In this document: one piece after another, positions 36,347 to 45,515 of the stretch
Position numbering within the stretch: the first letter of the stretch is position 1
Layout of the letters: each line of letters begins with the position of its first letter
Assembly: GCA_025457965.1 (NCBI GenBank)
Contig: JALOTJ010000009.1
Coordinates: 2,961-66,960 of the forward strand
Origin: Spirochaetota bacterium
GTDB lineage: Bacteria > Spirochaetota > UBA4802 > UBA5368
DNA length: 64,000 bases
Direction: 5' to 3'
Translations under genes and position numbers: made by a program
The notes under the pieces: model-generated
The model's database searches: none
Told to the model about the DNA's origin: nothing
Seen by the model: the letters and a program-made list of their open reading frames with translations, nothing else

Positions 36347-38251
36347 TCATTTCTGGTACAGGCCCTTGATCTCCTTCTCAAAGTTCTTGAAGATGACGTT
36401 ACGCTTGACCTTGAGAGTCGGTGTCATCTCCCCGTGAAGCTCGGTGAAGCGGCGCGCAACGATCATGTATTTGCGGATCCGCTCGTATTCCTCGAGCTCG
36501 CGGTTGCCGGCCTGGATGTCCTCGTCGACCAGTTTTTTCAGCGTTTCGTTGCTGATAAAGTCCTCTCCTACGGCGATGCACATTCGCGCGGCGCCCTCGC
36601 CGAAGAAGTGCAGCGCCGATTTGTCATACGCGATGCCCTCTTTATCGAACAGCTGGATGAACGCATCGTACTTCGGCACCACCAGCGCCGAAACGAAGGG
36701 CCTGTCGTCGGCGATCGGCACAACGATGTCGACATAACGTGTGATTGAAAAGAGACTCTCGATCTTGGCCGAGGGGATGTTCTTGCCGGTGTCGAGCACC
36801 ATGATGCCCTTCTTCCGGTCGACGATCTTGATGTAACCGTCGGGGCCCATCACCACGATGTCGCCGGTCTTGTAGTAGCCGTCCTCGGTGAAAGCCTCCT
36901 TCGTCGCTTCGGGGTTGTTCCAGTAATGGGTGATGACGTTGTCACCGCGCACCTGCCACTCTCCGTCAGGAGCGACGCGCCCCTCGACGCCGTTGCAGAC
37001 CGGACCGACGTAGCCGGGCAGCACCTGGTGAGGTCGGTTGAGGTTCACCGTGTTGCAGGTTTCAGTGGCGCCGTAACCTTCGTAAATACGCACGCCCATC
37101 GCCATGAATACCTTGCAAAGGTCGGCCGGCAGACTTCCGGCGGCGGAGAAGGCGAAACGGAAGCGCCCGCCGAGCTTTTCGCGAACCTTGCTGAAAACAA
37201 GTTTGTCGACCAGTCGGTATTTGAACACGAGACGACGTCCCAGGCCGGCCGTGAAGTCGATCCCTTCGGACATGTCGATGAAGCCGTCCCTGTCCGCGCG
37301 CGCCTCGGTGAGCGCAAGACCGGTCCTGATCGCGAAGTCGAAAATCTTCTTTTTTATCGGTGACTGCGACGCCATGTCGCGCATCGCCATGTAGATGCGT
37401 TCGTAGATGCGCGGGACGGACATGAAGAGCGTCGGCCGAAAAATCTGCAGATCGGCAACCAGCGTTATCGGAGATGAATACGCGACGGTGACCGCCGCGT
37501 GCATTGCCGAGCCGTGGCCGCACTCGCGCTCGTAGGTATGGGCCAGCGGCAGAAAGGCGAGCATGACGTCGTCCGCGCGATACTCGGGTACCAGGCGCAT
37601 GTCGCGGCAGCAGGCGGAGTTGATGCTGAAGTGCGTGTGCACCGCGCCCTTCTGGCGGCCCGTCGTGCCGGAGGTGTAGACGATGGTCATGGGGTCGAGA
37701 AGCTCGACCGAGCGCCAGCGACGTTCGTACGAAAGCTTGTCGCGGGCCAGCAGCCGTACGCCGAGCGAACGGACATCCGACAGGCTCATTACGCGTTTGT
37801 CGGCGTGCGTAAACTCATCTTTCATAATTATTATTTTTTCGAGCCCGGGCATTTCGCCGATGGCCCCGAGGGCGCGCTCGAGGATTTCCTCGTCCTGCAC
37901 ATAAAGTACGCGCGAACCGGAGTCGTTAACAATGAATGAGAGCTCTTTCGCGGAAAGGGTCGGGTACACGCATACGGTTATGCCCGCCGCGCAGAGAACC
38001 GAATAGTCGGCCCATACCCACTCGGGAGAGGTGTGGGCCATCACGGCGGCCCTGTCCCCTTTCTGTATGCCCATCTCCATGAGGCCCGACGCAAGTTCCC
38101 TGACGATTCTCCACAGTTCGGCGTAGGTGATGGACGCGGTGCTCTCAGGCCCCGTCTTCCACCACTGGGCACGGCGCATTCCGAACTTGACCGCGTTCCG
38201 GTTTAACAGCTCCGGGAACGTCTGTTGTGTTATATACCACCTGTTTTCCAT
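36347..38251 (-). CDS. long-chain fatty acid-CoA ligase (AMP-forming)
   Basis: 634 aa. AMP-binding motif YTSGTTGRQKGAVHTH. YKTGDIV and KVKRN C-terminal motifs. Confidence 0.9.
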   Translation of the reverse strand: MENRWYITQQTFPELLNRNAVKFGMRRAQWWKTGPESTASITYAELWRIVRELASGLMEMGIQKGDRAAVMAHTSPEWVWADYSVLCAAGITVCVYPTLSAKELSFIVNDSGSRVLYVQDEEILERALGAIGEMPGLEKIIIMKDEFTHADKRVMSLSDVRSLGVRLLARDKLSYERRWRSVELLDPMTIVYTSGTTGRQKGAVHTHFSINSACCRDMRLVPEYRADDVMLAFLPLAHTYERECGHGSAMHAAVTVAYSSPITLVADLQIFRPTLFMSVPRIYERIYMAMRDMASQSPIKKKIFDFAIRTGLALTEARADRDGFIDMSEGIDFTAGLGRRLVFKYRLVDKLVFSKVREKLGGRFRFAFSAAGSLPADLCKVFMAMGVRIYEGYGATETCNTVNLNRPHQVLPGYVGPVCNGVEGRVAPDGEWQVRGDNVITHYWNNPEATKEAFTEDGYYKTGDIVVMGPDGYIKIVDRKKGIMVLDTGKNIPSAKIESLFSITRYVDIVVPIADDRPFVSALVVPKYDAFIQLFDKEGIAYDKSALHFFGEGAARMCIAVGEDFISNETLKKLVDEDIQAGNRELEEYERIRKYMIVARRFTELHGEMTPTLKVKRNVIFKNFEKEIKGLYQK

Positions 38252-38460
38252 TACTGCCTCCTTTCACTGCGCATGGCAGAGTGGATATGCCGTAAGGTTG
38301 AACGCCGATCCGGGCCCGGAACGAGCCGCGAGACATTCCGGTGCGGGGGTCTCATATTGACACCATACCGCATATCATATGTATATTCAAATACGAATAT
38401 TTATATTTGATCTATAATGCAAGTAAAATATTGTAATATATTAAAATTAATTACACCCGT

Positions 38461-38598
38461 TGTAATCGCTTCCCGCCGGGACATGGTTGTGCTGGAAGCG
38501 GTTACATTCGAAAGGATTTGTTTTCCCGCTTCCGAAGCGTGATTCAAAAGGGAGAAAACGGTATGGCGGAAGAATTTCCCGGATACCCTTTCTTTTAA
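38461..38598 (+). promoter_or_regulatory. candidate structured 5' leader with 11-codon mini-ORF upstream of the SSS symporter
   Basis: Heptamer CGCTTCC/GGAAGCG occurs four times in alternating orientation (38467, 38494, 38527, 38534). Mutually exclusive stems are possible: 38461-73/38494-506 (13 bp with one G-U) or 38494-501/38526-33 (8 bp). GGGAG SD and ATG 38563 give MAEEFPGYPFF-stop (38598). Confidence 0.35.
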
Positions 38599-38677
38599 TA
38601 CTTGCGCTGGGCGTTATGGTTGACGTATCATTCCCTACCTCGTACGGGGAAATCACTGAACGGCAAGGGGCGTATAC

Positions 38678-40183
38678 GTGGATAATCTCCTCTCCTTCAC
38701 CCATACCGACGTAAGCTGGATCGACCTGGGCCTCCTTTTCGCTTACCTCGCCGGTATAACCGTTTATGGTTATCTGTTTAAGAGCCGTGTGCATACCTCG
38801 CGCGATTATTTTCTCGCCGGTAAAAGCCTGCCGTGGTGGATCATCGGCATGTCGATCATCGGGACGAACATCGGATCAAACGATTATGTCGGGGGCGCGG
38901 GGGGGGCGTACCGTATCGGGATGGCGCAGGCCAATTTCGAATGGATCGGCGCCATCCCGGCCATGATTATCGCCGCATTCATCTTCATCCCGTTTTACTG
39001 GCGTGCGGGCGTCTTCTCGATCCCCGAGTACCTGGGAAAGCGCTATTCCGAATCTGTGCGGGTCATCGCGGCGCTCATCCTCAGTCTGTTTTCGGTTCTA
39101 ATTGTCGGGGTGTTTCTCTGGGCCACCGCGCTCATGCTTCAGACCTATCTTGGATGGCCCATACTCCTCAGCATTTTCATTACGGCCGGGGTCGTCGGTC
39201 TTTACACGGTATCAGGGGGACTCGCGGCGGTGGCGTATACAGACGCGGTACAGCTCGTTATCATGTTCGCCGGTGCGGTGGTGGTCGCGGTCGTCGGCGT
39301 CAACGCGGCCGGCGGGGCGGTGAATTTCGCGACACAGCTGCAGGAGCGGTTTCCCGACCATCTGCATACTTTTCTTCCATCCACACATGACGAATTTCCC
39401 TGGCCGGGGGTGCTCCTGGGTCTGGGACTGGTGTTGTCGCCGGCATACTGGTGTACCAATCAGGCGATCATGCAGCGCTGTCTGGGCGCGAGAACGGAGT
39501 GGGACGGCAAGGCGAGCATGATGTTTGCCGCGATGGCCAAGACCTTTGTGCCGCTGCTTATCGTGCTTCCGGGCTTTTTCGCGCTGCTCATGGCGCCGGA
39601 GCACCTGGGGTTATCGGATCAGGCGCTCCCCTGGGTGGTGAAGAACCTGCTTCCTCCCGGCGTCTCAGGGCTCCTTTTCGTCGCTTTTATCGCGGCCCTG
39701 CAGTCGTCGGTTTCGTCCACCCTCAATTCGGCGTCGGTGATGGTGACGCGTGATATTCTGGGCGTGATACGGAGTAAAAGACTTGATGACGCGGCGGAAC
39801 TGAGGATGGGCAGAATGATAACCATAGCGGCACTTGCCGCCGGCATCCTCTGCGCGCCGCTTACCGCTCAGTTCAGGGGAATATACGTTTACGTACAGCA
39901 GCTGCTCTCCTTTTTTCAGGGTCCGGTGTTTGCTTTACTGTTGATGGGAATTCTGTTTAAACGGATCACGCCGCGTGCCGGCCTCTGGAGCCTGCTGCTC
40001 GGGCTGGGGTTTGCGGCCCTGCTGGGACTTGCCGGGCTCAACATGCTTTACATGGCATTCTGGAGCTTTGTGATGTCGGTCGCACTGCTCTTCATGATCA
40101 GTGCATTTACAAGGCCGAAGAGCGCATCAGAGCTCGAAAACCTTACCTATACGTCGGTGGTGAAGGAGGTGGTCGATGTCTGA
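38678..40183 (+). CDS. sodium:solute symporter (SSS) family transporter
   Basis: 501 aa with 13-14 TM-like segments. DYFLAGKSLPWWIIGMSIIGTNIGSNDYVGGAG. GTG start. Confidence 0.88.
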   Translation: MDNLLSFTHTDVSWIDLGLLFAYLAGITVYGYLFKSRVHTSRDYFLAGKSLPWWIIGMSIIGTNIGSNDYVGGAGGAYRIGMAQANFEWIGAIPAMIIAAFIFIPFYWRAGVFSIPEYLGKRYSESVRVIAALILSLFSVLIVGVFLWATALMLQTYLGWPILLSIFITAGVVGLYTVSGGLAAVAYTDAVQLVIMFAGAVVVAVVGVNAAGGAVNFATQLQERFPDHLHTFLPSTHDEFPWPGVLLGLGLVLSPAYWCTNQAIMQRCLGARTEWDGKASMMFAAMAKTFVPLLIVLPGFFALLMAPEHLGLSDQALPWVVKNLLPPGVSGLLFVAFIAALQSSVSSTLNSASVMVTRDILGVIRSKRLDDAAELRMGRMITIAALAAGILCAPLTAQFRGIYVYVQQLLSFFQGPVFALLLMGILFKRITPRAGLWSLLLGLGFAALLGLAGLNMLYMAFWSFVMSVALLFMISAFTRPKSASELENLTYTSVVKEVVDV

Positions 40184-40379
40184 CTGGATACACGCGCTTC
40201 CCCTGTGGACCGCCAAGGTCGGGGCCATACTGCTCTTCGCGGGGGTGCTCGCCATCGTGTGGAGCCTGCCGAAGGATTTTGTATACTTCGGCGCGCCCGA
40301 CCGGGGGCGCTGGAGGGACATCCGCATATGGGCCACGGTGCTTCTTGCGGTGCAGTGCGGGATATACTATGTATTCTAG
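40176..40379 (+). CDS. small two-TM membrane protein translationally coupled to the SSS symporter
   Basis: AAGGAGGTG SD inside the end of the symporter gene. ATG 40176 overlaps its stop by 8 nt. 67 aa with two hydrophobic helices. Confidence 0.65.
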   Translation: MSDWIHALPLWTAKVGAILLFAGVLAIVWSLPKDFVYFGAPDRGRWRDIRIWATVLLAVQCGIYYVF

Positions 40380-42282
40380 GCACACGGCCGGGTCGGCCGG
40401 CACGATGACAGGTCCGGCGATTGTGGCCCTGGCCCTCATTCTGTTCGCTGCCGCGCCGCTCGCCGCGGCTGAAGATTTTTTTTCATACAGCCGCAAGGCG
40501 GCGGATGCGCGTGAAACCGAAACGAAAATCGAGTACTGGACTGAGGCGATCGGGAGCTGGACGATCGAGGCCGGGCAGTATGCATTGTCCCGAGCCCATT
40601 TCAACCGGGGAATCGCACTGGCCCGCTCCGGATTGACCAATAAGGCGATAGAGGATTATGATCGGGCCATCGAACTCGACCGGAGTTTCGCGAAGGCATA
40701 TAATAACCGTGGAATAATCCGCTGGAATTCCGGAGACCGGGAAGGCGCCATAACCGACTATGATCGCGCGGTGGCCGCCTCTCCGGCCTTTTTTGAGGCC
40801 TATTACAATCGCGGGATCGCGCGCGCGGCCATGAGAGACTATCGCCGTTCGATCGACGATTATACGAAAGCGGTTTCGATTTCACCGCGCTATGCGAAGG
40901 CATTCAATAACCGCGGGATATCGCACAGTGCCGTGGGCGAATACACCGAGGCTGTCGCGGATTACGACCGCGCCATCAAATTAGATCCGTCCGATCCGGT
41001 CTTCTGCAATAACCGGGGCGTCGCGCACGTACGGATGGATAGCCCGGAAAGCGCGCTGTCGGATTTTTCCAGGGCGATCGCGCTCGACCCATCCTATGCC
41101 GCGGCCCGGAGGAACAGGGGAATCGCCCATCATCTCGCCGGACGCTACGGTGAAGCAGCGGCGGATTACAGGGAAGTGCTGCGTATAAACCCGGGCGACA
41201 GGGAGATACGCCAGAGCCGGGCGCGGGCACTTGCCGGAAGGGAGCTTGCCCCCCGTACCTCCATGGGAGAGGATGCGCGGACGCCTGGTCGCGGTCTCCG
41301 CCGGGACGGCGGGCGAACCATAAAGCGTGAGCCTCGCCAGGGCAGGCCGGGGACACCTGGCACGGGGCTACGCCCGGAAGAAAAGCGCGCGGCCGCGAAC
41401 CATTTTAATCGGGGTATTGACCTGGCGAAAAAGGGCAGGCCCGAACAGGCGATACGGGAGCTCACGCGGTCCGTGCGGCTAGATCCCGATCAAAGCGGGG
41501 CCTATATTGAACGCGGAAGGCTCTACGCGGAACGGGGCGACCTGGTGAAGGCCGGGGACGACTACGACAAGGCGATAACTCTCAGACCGGAGAGTCCGTC
41601 ACTGTACTATAACCGCGGCACTATCCTCTATAGGAAGGGGCTGTATCGTCGCGCCGTAAAGGATTTCTCGCTCGCCATAGCACTGGATCCGGGTTCCCCG
41701 GAATCGTTCAACAACCGGGGAAGCGCCCGTCTGGCCGCCGGCGAAACCGACGAGGCCATTCGCGACTACACGCAGGCCCTCGGCCTGAGGGCCGATTACG
41801 CCCGTGTCTACGCAAACCGTGGCGTGGCCCTTTTCTATAAGGGCGATTTTCGGGGAGCGCTCGCCGATTTCAACAACGCGCTTCGCATCGATTCGCGGGA
41901 TGAAATGGCGCTGCACAACAGGGGGATCGTCAGGTACGTGCTGGGCGATCGCGCCGGTTCGCTTAAAGATTTCAATGCCGCGATTACGATCGATCCGGGT
42001 AATAGCTATGCGCGGCAGGCCTCGTCATGGCCGGAAGCGCTGATGCGCGGGTTCCTCGGGCTTGGTACTGAGGCGGAACTATTGAGAAAAGCGGGTACCG
42101 GGCGGGACGCGAGGGAGGTAGGGCGAAGGCGTGCCGAGGCACTGTATTATCTGGGACTTCGCTGGAAGGCGATCGAGGGGGAAAACGGGCAATCCATTGA
42201 TTATTTTAAAAGGAGCCTGGCGGAAAACGGCTCCATGAGCCATGCCCGGCGTCTGGCGAGATTCGAGATTTCCGGCGATTGA
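40369..42282 (+). CDS. secreted TPR-repeat protein
   Basis: Signal-like MTGPAIVALALILFAAAPLAAA. Many A..YNRG/NNRG...A..DY..A TPR units in two blocks, split by an Arg/Pro/Gly-rich linker. Start is 40369 or 40405. Confidence 0.8.
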   Translation: MYSRHTAGSAGTMTGPAIVALALILFAAAPLAAAEDFFSYSRKAADARETETKIEYWTEAIGSWTIEAGQYALSRAHFNRGIALARSGLTNKAIEDYDRAIELDRSFAKAYNNRGIIRWNSGDREGAITDYDRAVAASPAFFEAYYNRGIARAAMRDYRRSIDDYTKAVSISPRYAKAFNNRGISHSAVGEYTEAVADYDRAIKLDPSDPVFCNNRGVAHVRMDSPESALSDFSRAIALDPSYAAARRNRGIAHHLAGRYGEAAADYREVLRINPGDREIRQSRARALAGRELAPRTSMGEDARTPGRGLRRDGGRTIKREPRQGRPGTPGTGLRPEEKRAAANHFNRGIDLAKKGRPEQAIRELTRSVRLDPDQSGAYIERGRLYAERGDLVKAGDDYDKAITLRPESPSLYYNRGTILYRKGLYRRAVKDFSLAIALDPGSPESFNNRGSARLAAGETDEAIRDYTQALGLRADYARVYANRGVALFYKGDFRGALADFNNALRIDSRDEMALHNRGIVRYVLGDRAGSLKDFNAAITIDPGNSYARQASSWPEALMRGFLGLGTEAELLRKAGTGRDAREVGRRRAEALYYLGLRWKAIEGENGQSIDYFKRSLAENGSMSHARRLARFEISGD

Positions 42283-42318
42283 GCACGATACGATAATTCT
42301 CGTACAACAGGCAGGGGG

Positions 42319-43683
42319 GTGATCATGGCGGTAAGCGGATTAAAGCGGGTGCTCGGCCTTCCCGAGGTGTCGTTTATCGCTATCGGGTGCACCATCGGCG
42401 GGGGAATTTTTGTCTTTACCGGAATCGTACTCAAAATTGCCGGCAACGCCCTGCCGCTGGCCTTTGCAATCGCCGTGATCCCGGTCCTCATCAGCATGCT
42501 GCCGCTGGCAATGCTGGGGTCGGCCATCCCGGCGACCGGCGCGAACTACAAGTATCCCAGCCGCATGGTGTCGCCGGGCCTCGCCTTCGTAGGCGTGTGG
42601 GTATACATCCTCGCCTCTTTCTTCGGGCAGATCCCGCTGTATGCCATAAGCTGCGCGCGGTATATCGGCACGCTGGTTGACGGGGTACCCGTGGAACCGG
42701 CCGCGGTTGCGATTCTTACCGTGTTTTTCATCGTCAATCTGCTCGGCGTGAAACCGGCGGCATGGGCACAGGGCCTGATGGTGATAGTTCTGATTGGTGC
42801 GCTGGTGTTCTATTCGGCAACGGGAGCCACCGCGTTCAATCCCGAAAATCTCAGTGGGATGTTCGACAGGGGGGCCGGTCCACTGCTGCTGGGGGTGGCG
42901 CTGCTCACCTTCACCTACCTGGGATCGAATGCGATTATCGAGCTGGGTGACGAGATAAACAATCCCGGCAAGGTGATCCCGCGCGCTTTCTTCATCGCCT
43001 TCCCCGTGGTCGCGGTTATCTATGTTTTTGTTGCGCTCACCACTGTCGGTGCGGCCCCCGTCGAGACCTTGCTGGGTTTTCAGGACCCGATGTCCGAGGT
43101 CTGCAAGGCGTGTGCGGGCGGGACAGGCCGGCTGTTTTTCGTTCTCGGCGGAGCGGTGCTCGCGCTTCTGACAACGCTCAACGCGCTGTTCATGGTCGGG
43201 ACCAAGTCGCTCCTGGTGGTGATAGACGATCATATTCTCCCGGCCTGGCTCGGCGGCCTCAACAGAAGGTTCGGGACACCGCACATCCTCCTCTCGATGA
43301 TATATGTGTGTTCGGTCCTCGGCGTGCTGTCGGGACTTCCGCTGGAGACGTTCGCGTCCTATGCGGCGCTGGGGGGGATGATAATCTTCGTGCCGGTGCT
43401 CATTGCATCGCTCAGATTGCCGCGTCTCTACCCCGAACGTTACGAGCGCTCTGAGTTCAAGCTCAAAGGTTTTTTTCTCTGGCTATGCCCTTGCGTGGGC
43501 TTTCTGATGGTTGCCTTTTTCAGTGCGGTCATCCTTGCCGATTTGAAAAGTCCGGTGAAGATCGGGCTCTTCGGCGCGTTTATTCTGTCGGGTATTGTAT
43601 ACTATGCGGTCAGGAAGCGCCTGCTGCTGCGTGAAGGCGTGGACCTGGGCCTGATAAAAGGGAGGAACGACTGGGGTGAGTAA
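42319..43683 (+). CDS. APC-superfamily amino acid permease
   Basis: 454 aa with 12 TM-like segments. IGCTIGGGIFVFTG motif. Confidence 0.85.
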   Translation: MIMAVSGLKRVLGLPEVSFIAIGCTIGGGIFVFTGIVLKIAGNALPLAFAIAVIPVLISMLPLAMLGSAIPATGANYKYPSRMVSPGLAFVGVWVYILASFFGQIPLYAISCARYIGTLVDGVPVEPAAVAILTVFFIVNLLGVKPAAWAQGLMVIVLIGALVFYSATGATAFNPENLSGMFDRGAGPLLLGVALLTFTYLGSNAIIELGDEINNPGKVIPRAFFIAFPVVAVIYVFVALTTVGAAPVETLLGFQDPMSEVCKACAGGTGRLFFVLGGAVLALLTTLNALFMVGTKSLLVVIDDHILPAWLGGLNRRFGTPHILLSMIYVCSVLGVLSGLPLETFASYAALGGMIIFVPVLIASLRLPRLYPERYERSEFKLKGFFLWLCPCVGFLMVAFFSAVILADLKSPVKIGLFGAFILSGIVYYAVRKRLLLREGVDLGLIKGRNDWGE

Positions 43684-44782
43684 TACCGATAGGACATTGC
43701 CATTGTTTCATGCATACCCGGAGCTGGAAATCAATATCCCGCGGGTTTCACTCGGCGGGTTTCCAACGCCCGTACGCCGGTTAAGCGGGTTCGATTGTGA
43801 GAACCTGTGGGTCAAGCGAGACGACCTGAGTTCCACCATATATGGCGGAAACAAGGTGCGCAAACTCGAGTTCATACTCGGCGACGCCATAAAGCGAAAC
43901 ATACGGGAGGTGGTGACCATCGGCGGTATTGGAACCAACCACGGTCTGGCGACGGCCATCTATTGTCAAAGGCTCGGGATACGGTGCACGCTGCTGTTGT
44001 TCGAACAGCCGGTTACGAGCTATGTAAAACGCAACCTGCTCCTGTACCGGCATTTCGGTGCCCGGATCGTCTTTACAGGGTCCCTGCCCAAAACAGTGCT
44101 CGCTTATTATCTGACGCATCGCCTGTCGCATCCCGCCGCTCAGTACGTCTTCGCCGGAGGTTCGAACGTACTCGGCACCATAGGTTTTGTTAATGCCGCT
44201 TTCGAGCTCAGGCGGCAGGTTGAAGAAGGGCAGATGCCCGAACCGAACTACATTGTCTGTCCCCTCGGCTCGAACGGAACCCTCGCGGGTCTTACACTCG
44301 GGGCGCGCCTTGCCGGGCTGCACTCAACCGTCATGGGCGTACGGGTGACGGCGTCGCACCTGGGCCCATTCCCGGCGTCGACGCCCGGTGCGGTCGCAAA
44401 GCTCATGGCGGAAACGCTCCGTTTCCTCCGTCGTAAAAGCCCTCTGGTCGCGGAGGTCAGCACCAGGGCGCCGGAGGTACTGGATGAGTATTTCGGAGAA
44501 GGGTACGGGTGCCCGACTTCCGCCTGCTGCGAGGCGATCGACATCATGAAACAGCGGGGGGGCCTTGATCTCGAGCCCACCTATACCGGAAAGACATTCG
44601 CCGCAGTGCTGGACATGACGCGCTGTAACCGGCGGCGCAGCGACGTTGTGCTGTACTGGCATACCTATAACTCGGTCGATCTTTCGCGCGAGGCGGAGTC
44701 GGTCGATTTTCATGATCTGCCCCGGTCTTTTCACCGTTTTTTCGAGATGCCCGAGGTTCCCGTACCGACCTGCCATGCTTAG
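43676..44782 (+). CDS. PLP-dependent ACC deaminase / D-cysteine desulfhydrase family enzyme
   Basis: GGNKVRKLEFILGDA signature and GGIGTNHG. GTG start overlaps the permease stop by 8 nt. Confidence 0.8.
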   Translation: MSNTDRTLPLFHAYPELEINIPRVSLGGFPTPVRRLSGFDCENLWVKRDDLSSTIYGGNKVRKLEFILGDAIKRNIREVVTIGGIGTNHGLATAIYCQRLGIRCTLLLFEQPVTSYVKRNLLLYRHFGARIVFTGSLPKTVLAYYLTHRLSHPAAQYVFAGGSNVLGTIGFVNAAFELRRQVEEGQMPEPNYIVCPLGSNGTLAGLTLGARLAGLHSTVMGVRVTASHLGPFPASTPGAVAKLMAETLRFLRRKSPLVAEVSTRAPEVLDEYFGEGYGCPTSACCEAIDIMKQRGGLDLEPTYTGKTFAAVLDMTRCNRRRSDVVLYWHTYNSVDLSREAESVDFHDLPRSFHRFFEMPEVPVPTCHA

Positions 44783-44881
44783 CGATCAATCACCGTCCAT
44801 CGATAGCGGGGTTTCACCGTCCTCGGGCGGGTGGGACCCCGCAGCCCTTCCCTGAGGGCAAAAACCCGAAATAAAAAAAAC

Positions 44882-44910
44882 TTGAAATTAATGGTAACAT
44901 TTTGGACTAT
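44882..44910 (+). promoter_or_regulatory. weak sigma70-like promoter candidate upstream of rimP
   Basis: TTGAAA (44882-44887), 17 nt, GACTAT (44905-44910). Confidence 0.3.
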
Positions 44911-45013
44911 GCTTGTGGAGAAGTAATTTTTCCCTTTTTCTTAGCGTCTGCCTGCGGATAAGGAGAGAGTGGTCAAACCACTCTCTTTTTTCGATATAAA
45001 CAGCGGTCCGGAG

Positions 45014-45463
45014 ATGAGCAATCCAGCGGTCAGGGAACAGGTGATGGAGACGGTCAGGGCCGTCGCCGAAGACCTCGGATATTTGATTTACGAGGCGGGC
45101 CTGCTCCTGAAGGGAAAGAACTCGAGCGTTGTCGTCAAGATCGATGGAAGTGCGCCGATCTCCCATTCGGACTGTCAGGCCTTCAGCACGGAACTGTCCC
45201 GGCGCCTGGATGAGGCTGGCCTGCTCCCGGATTATTCGCTGGAGGTTTCCTCCCCCGGAATACGTCGGCAGCTTCGAAGTATAGAGGAGTTCGAGCGGTT
45301 CAGCGGTTCCCCTGCGAAGGTCATATTCCGCGAAGGCGACGGACAGCGCGTCGTCAAAGGCCGGATAGGACGAGTGGCGGGCGGGATCGTCGAGTTCCAC
45401 GAGGGAGACAAAGCGATCATGATCGATTTCGATGCGATAAAGAGCGCGAACCTTGAATTTTAG
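45014..45463 (+). CDS. rimP: ribosome maturation factor RimP
   Basis: VAEDLGYLIYEAGLL ... ISHSDCQAFSTELSRRLD ... YSLEVSSPGIRRQLRSIEEFERF. Start is ATG 45014 or GTG 44969. Confidence 0.88.
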   Translation: MSNPAVREQVMETVRAVAEDLGYLIYEAGLLLKGKNSSVVVKIDGSAPISHSDCQAFSTELSRRLDEAGLLPDYSLEVSSPGIRRQLRSIEEFERFSGSPAKVIFREGDGQRVVKGRIGRVAGGIVEFHEGDKAIMIDFDAIKSANLEF

Positions 45464-45515
45464 CGCGTGTATCCGGCAGGGACGGAGAATCATAAACGTG
45501 GTGAAGGTTTGAAAC

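Noticed and set aside
38526-38545. Third and fourth heptamer pair as an intrinsic terminator (classical attenuator)
   Set aside because: The palindrome leaves a 1-nt loop (realistically a 4-bp stem) and is not followed by a U-run.
38447-38794. 115-aa minus-strand ORF in the AT-rich region upstream of the symporter
   Set aside because: It spans promoter/leader DNA and the 5' end of the symporter gene, with no SD and no motifs.
42340-43284. 314-aa minus-strand ORF
   Set aside because: Antisense to the APC permease. It has a hydrophilic Arg/His/Glu-rich composition without motifs.
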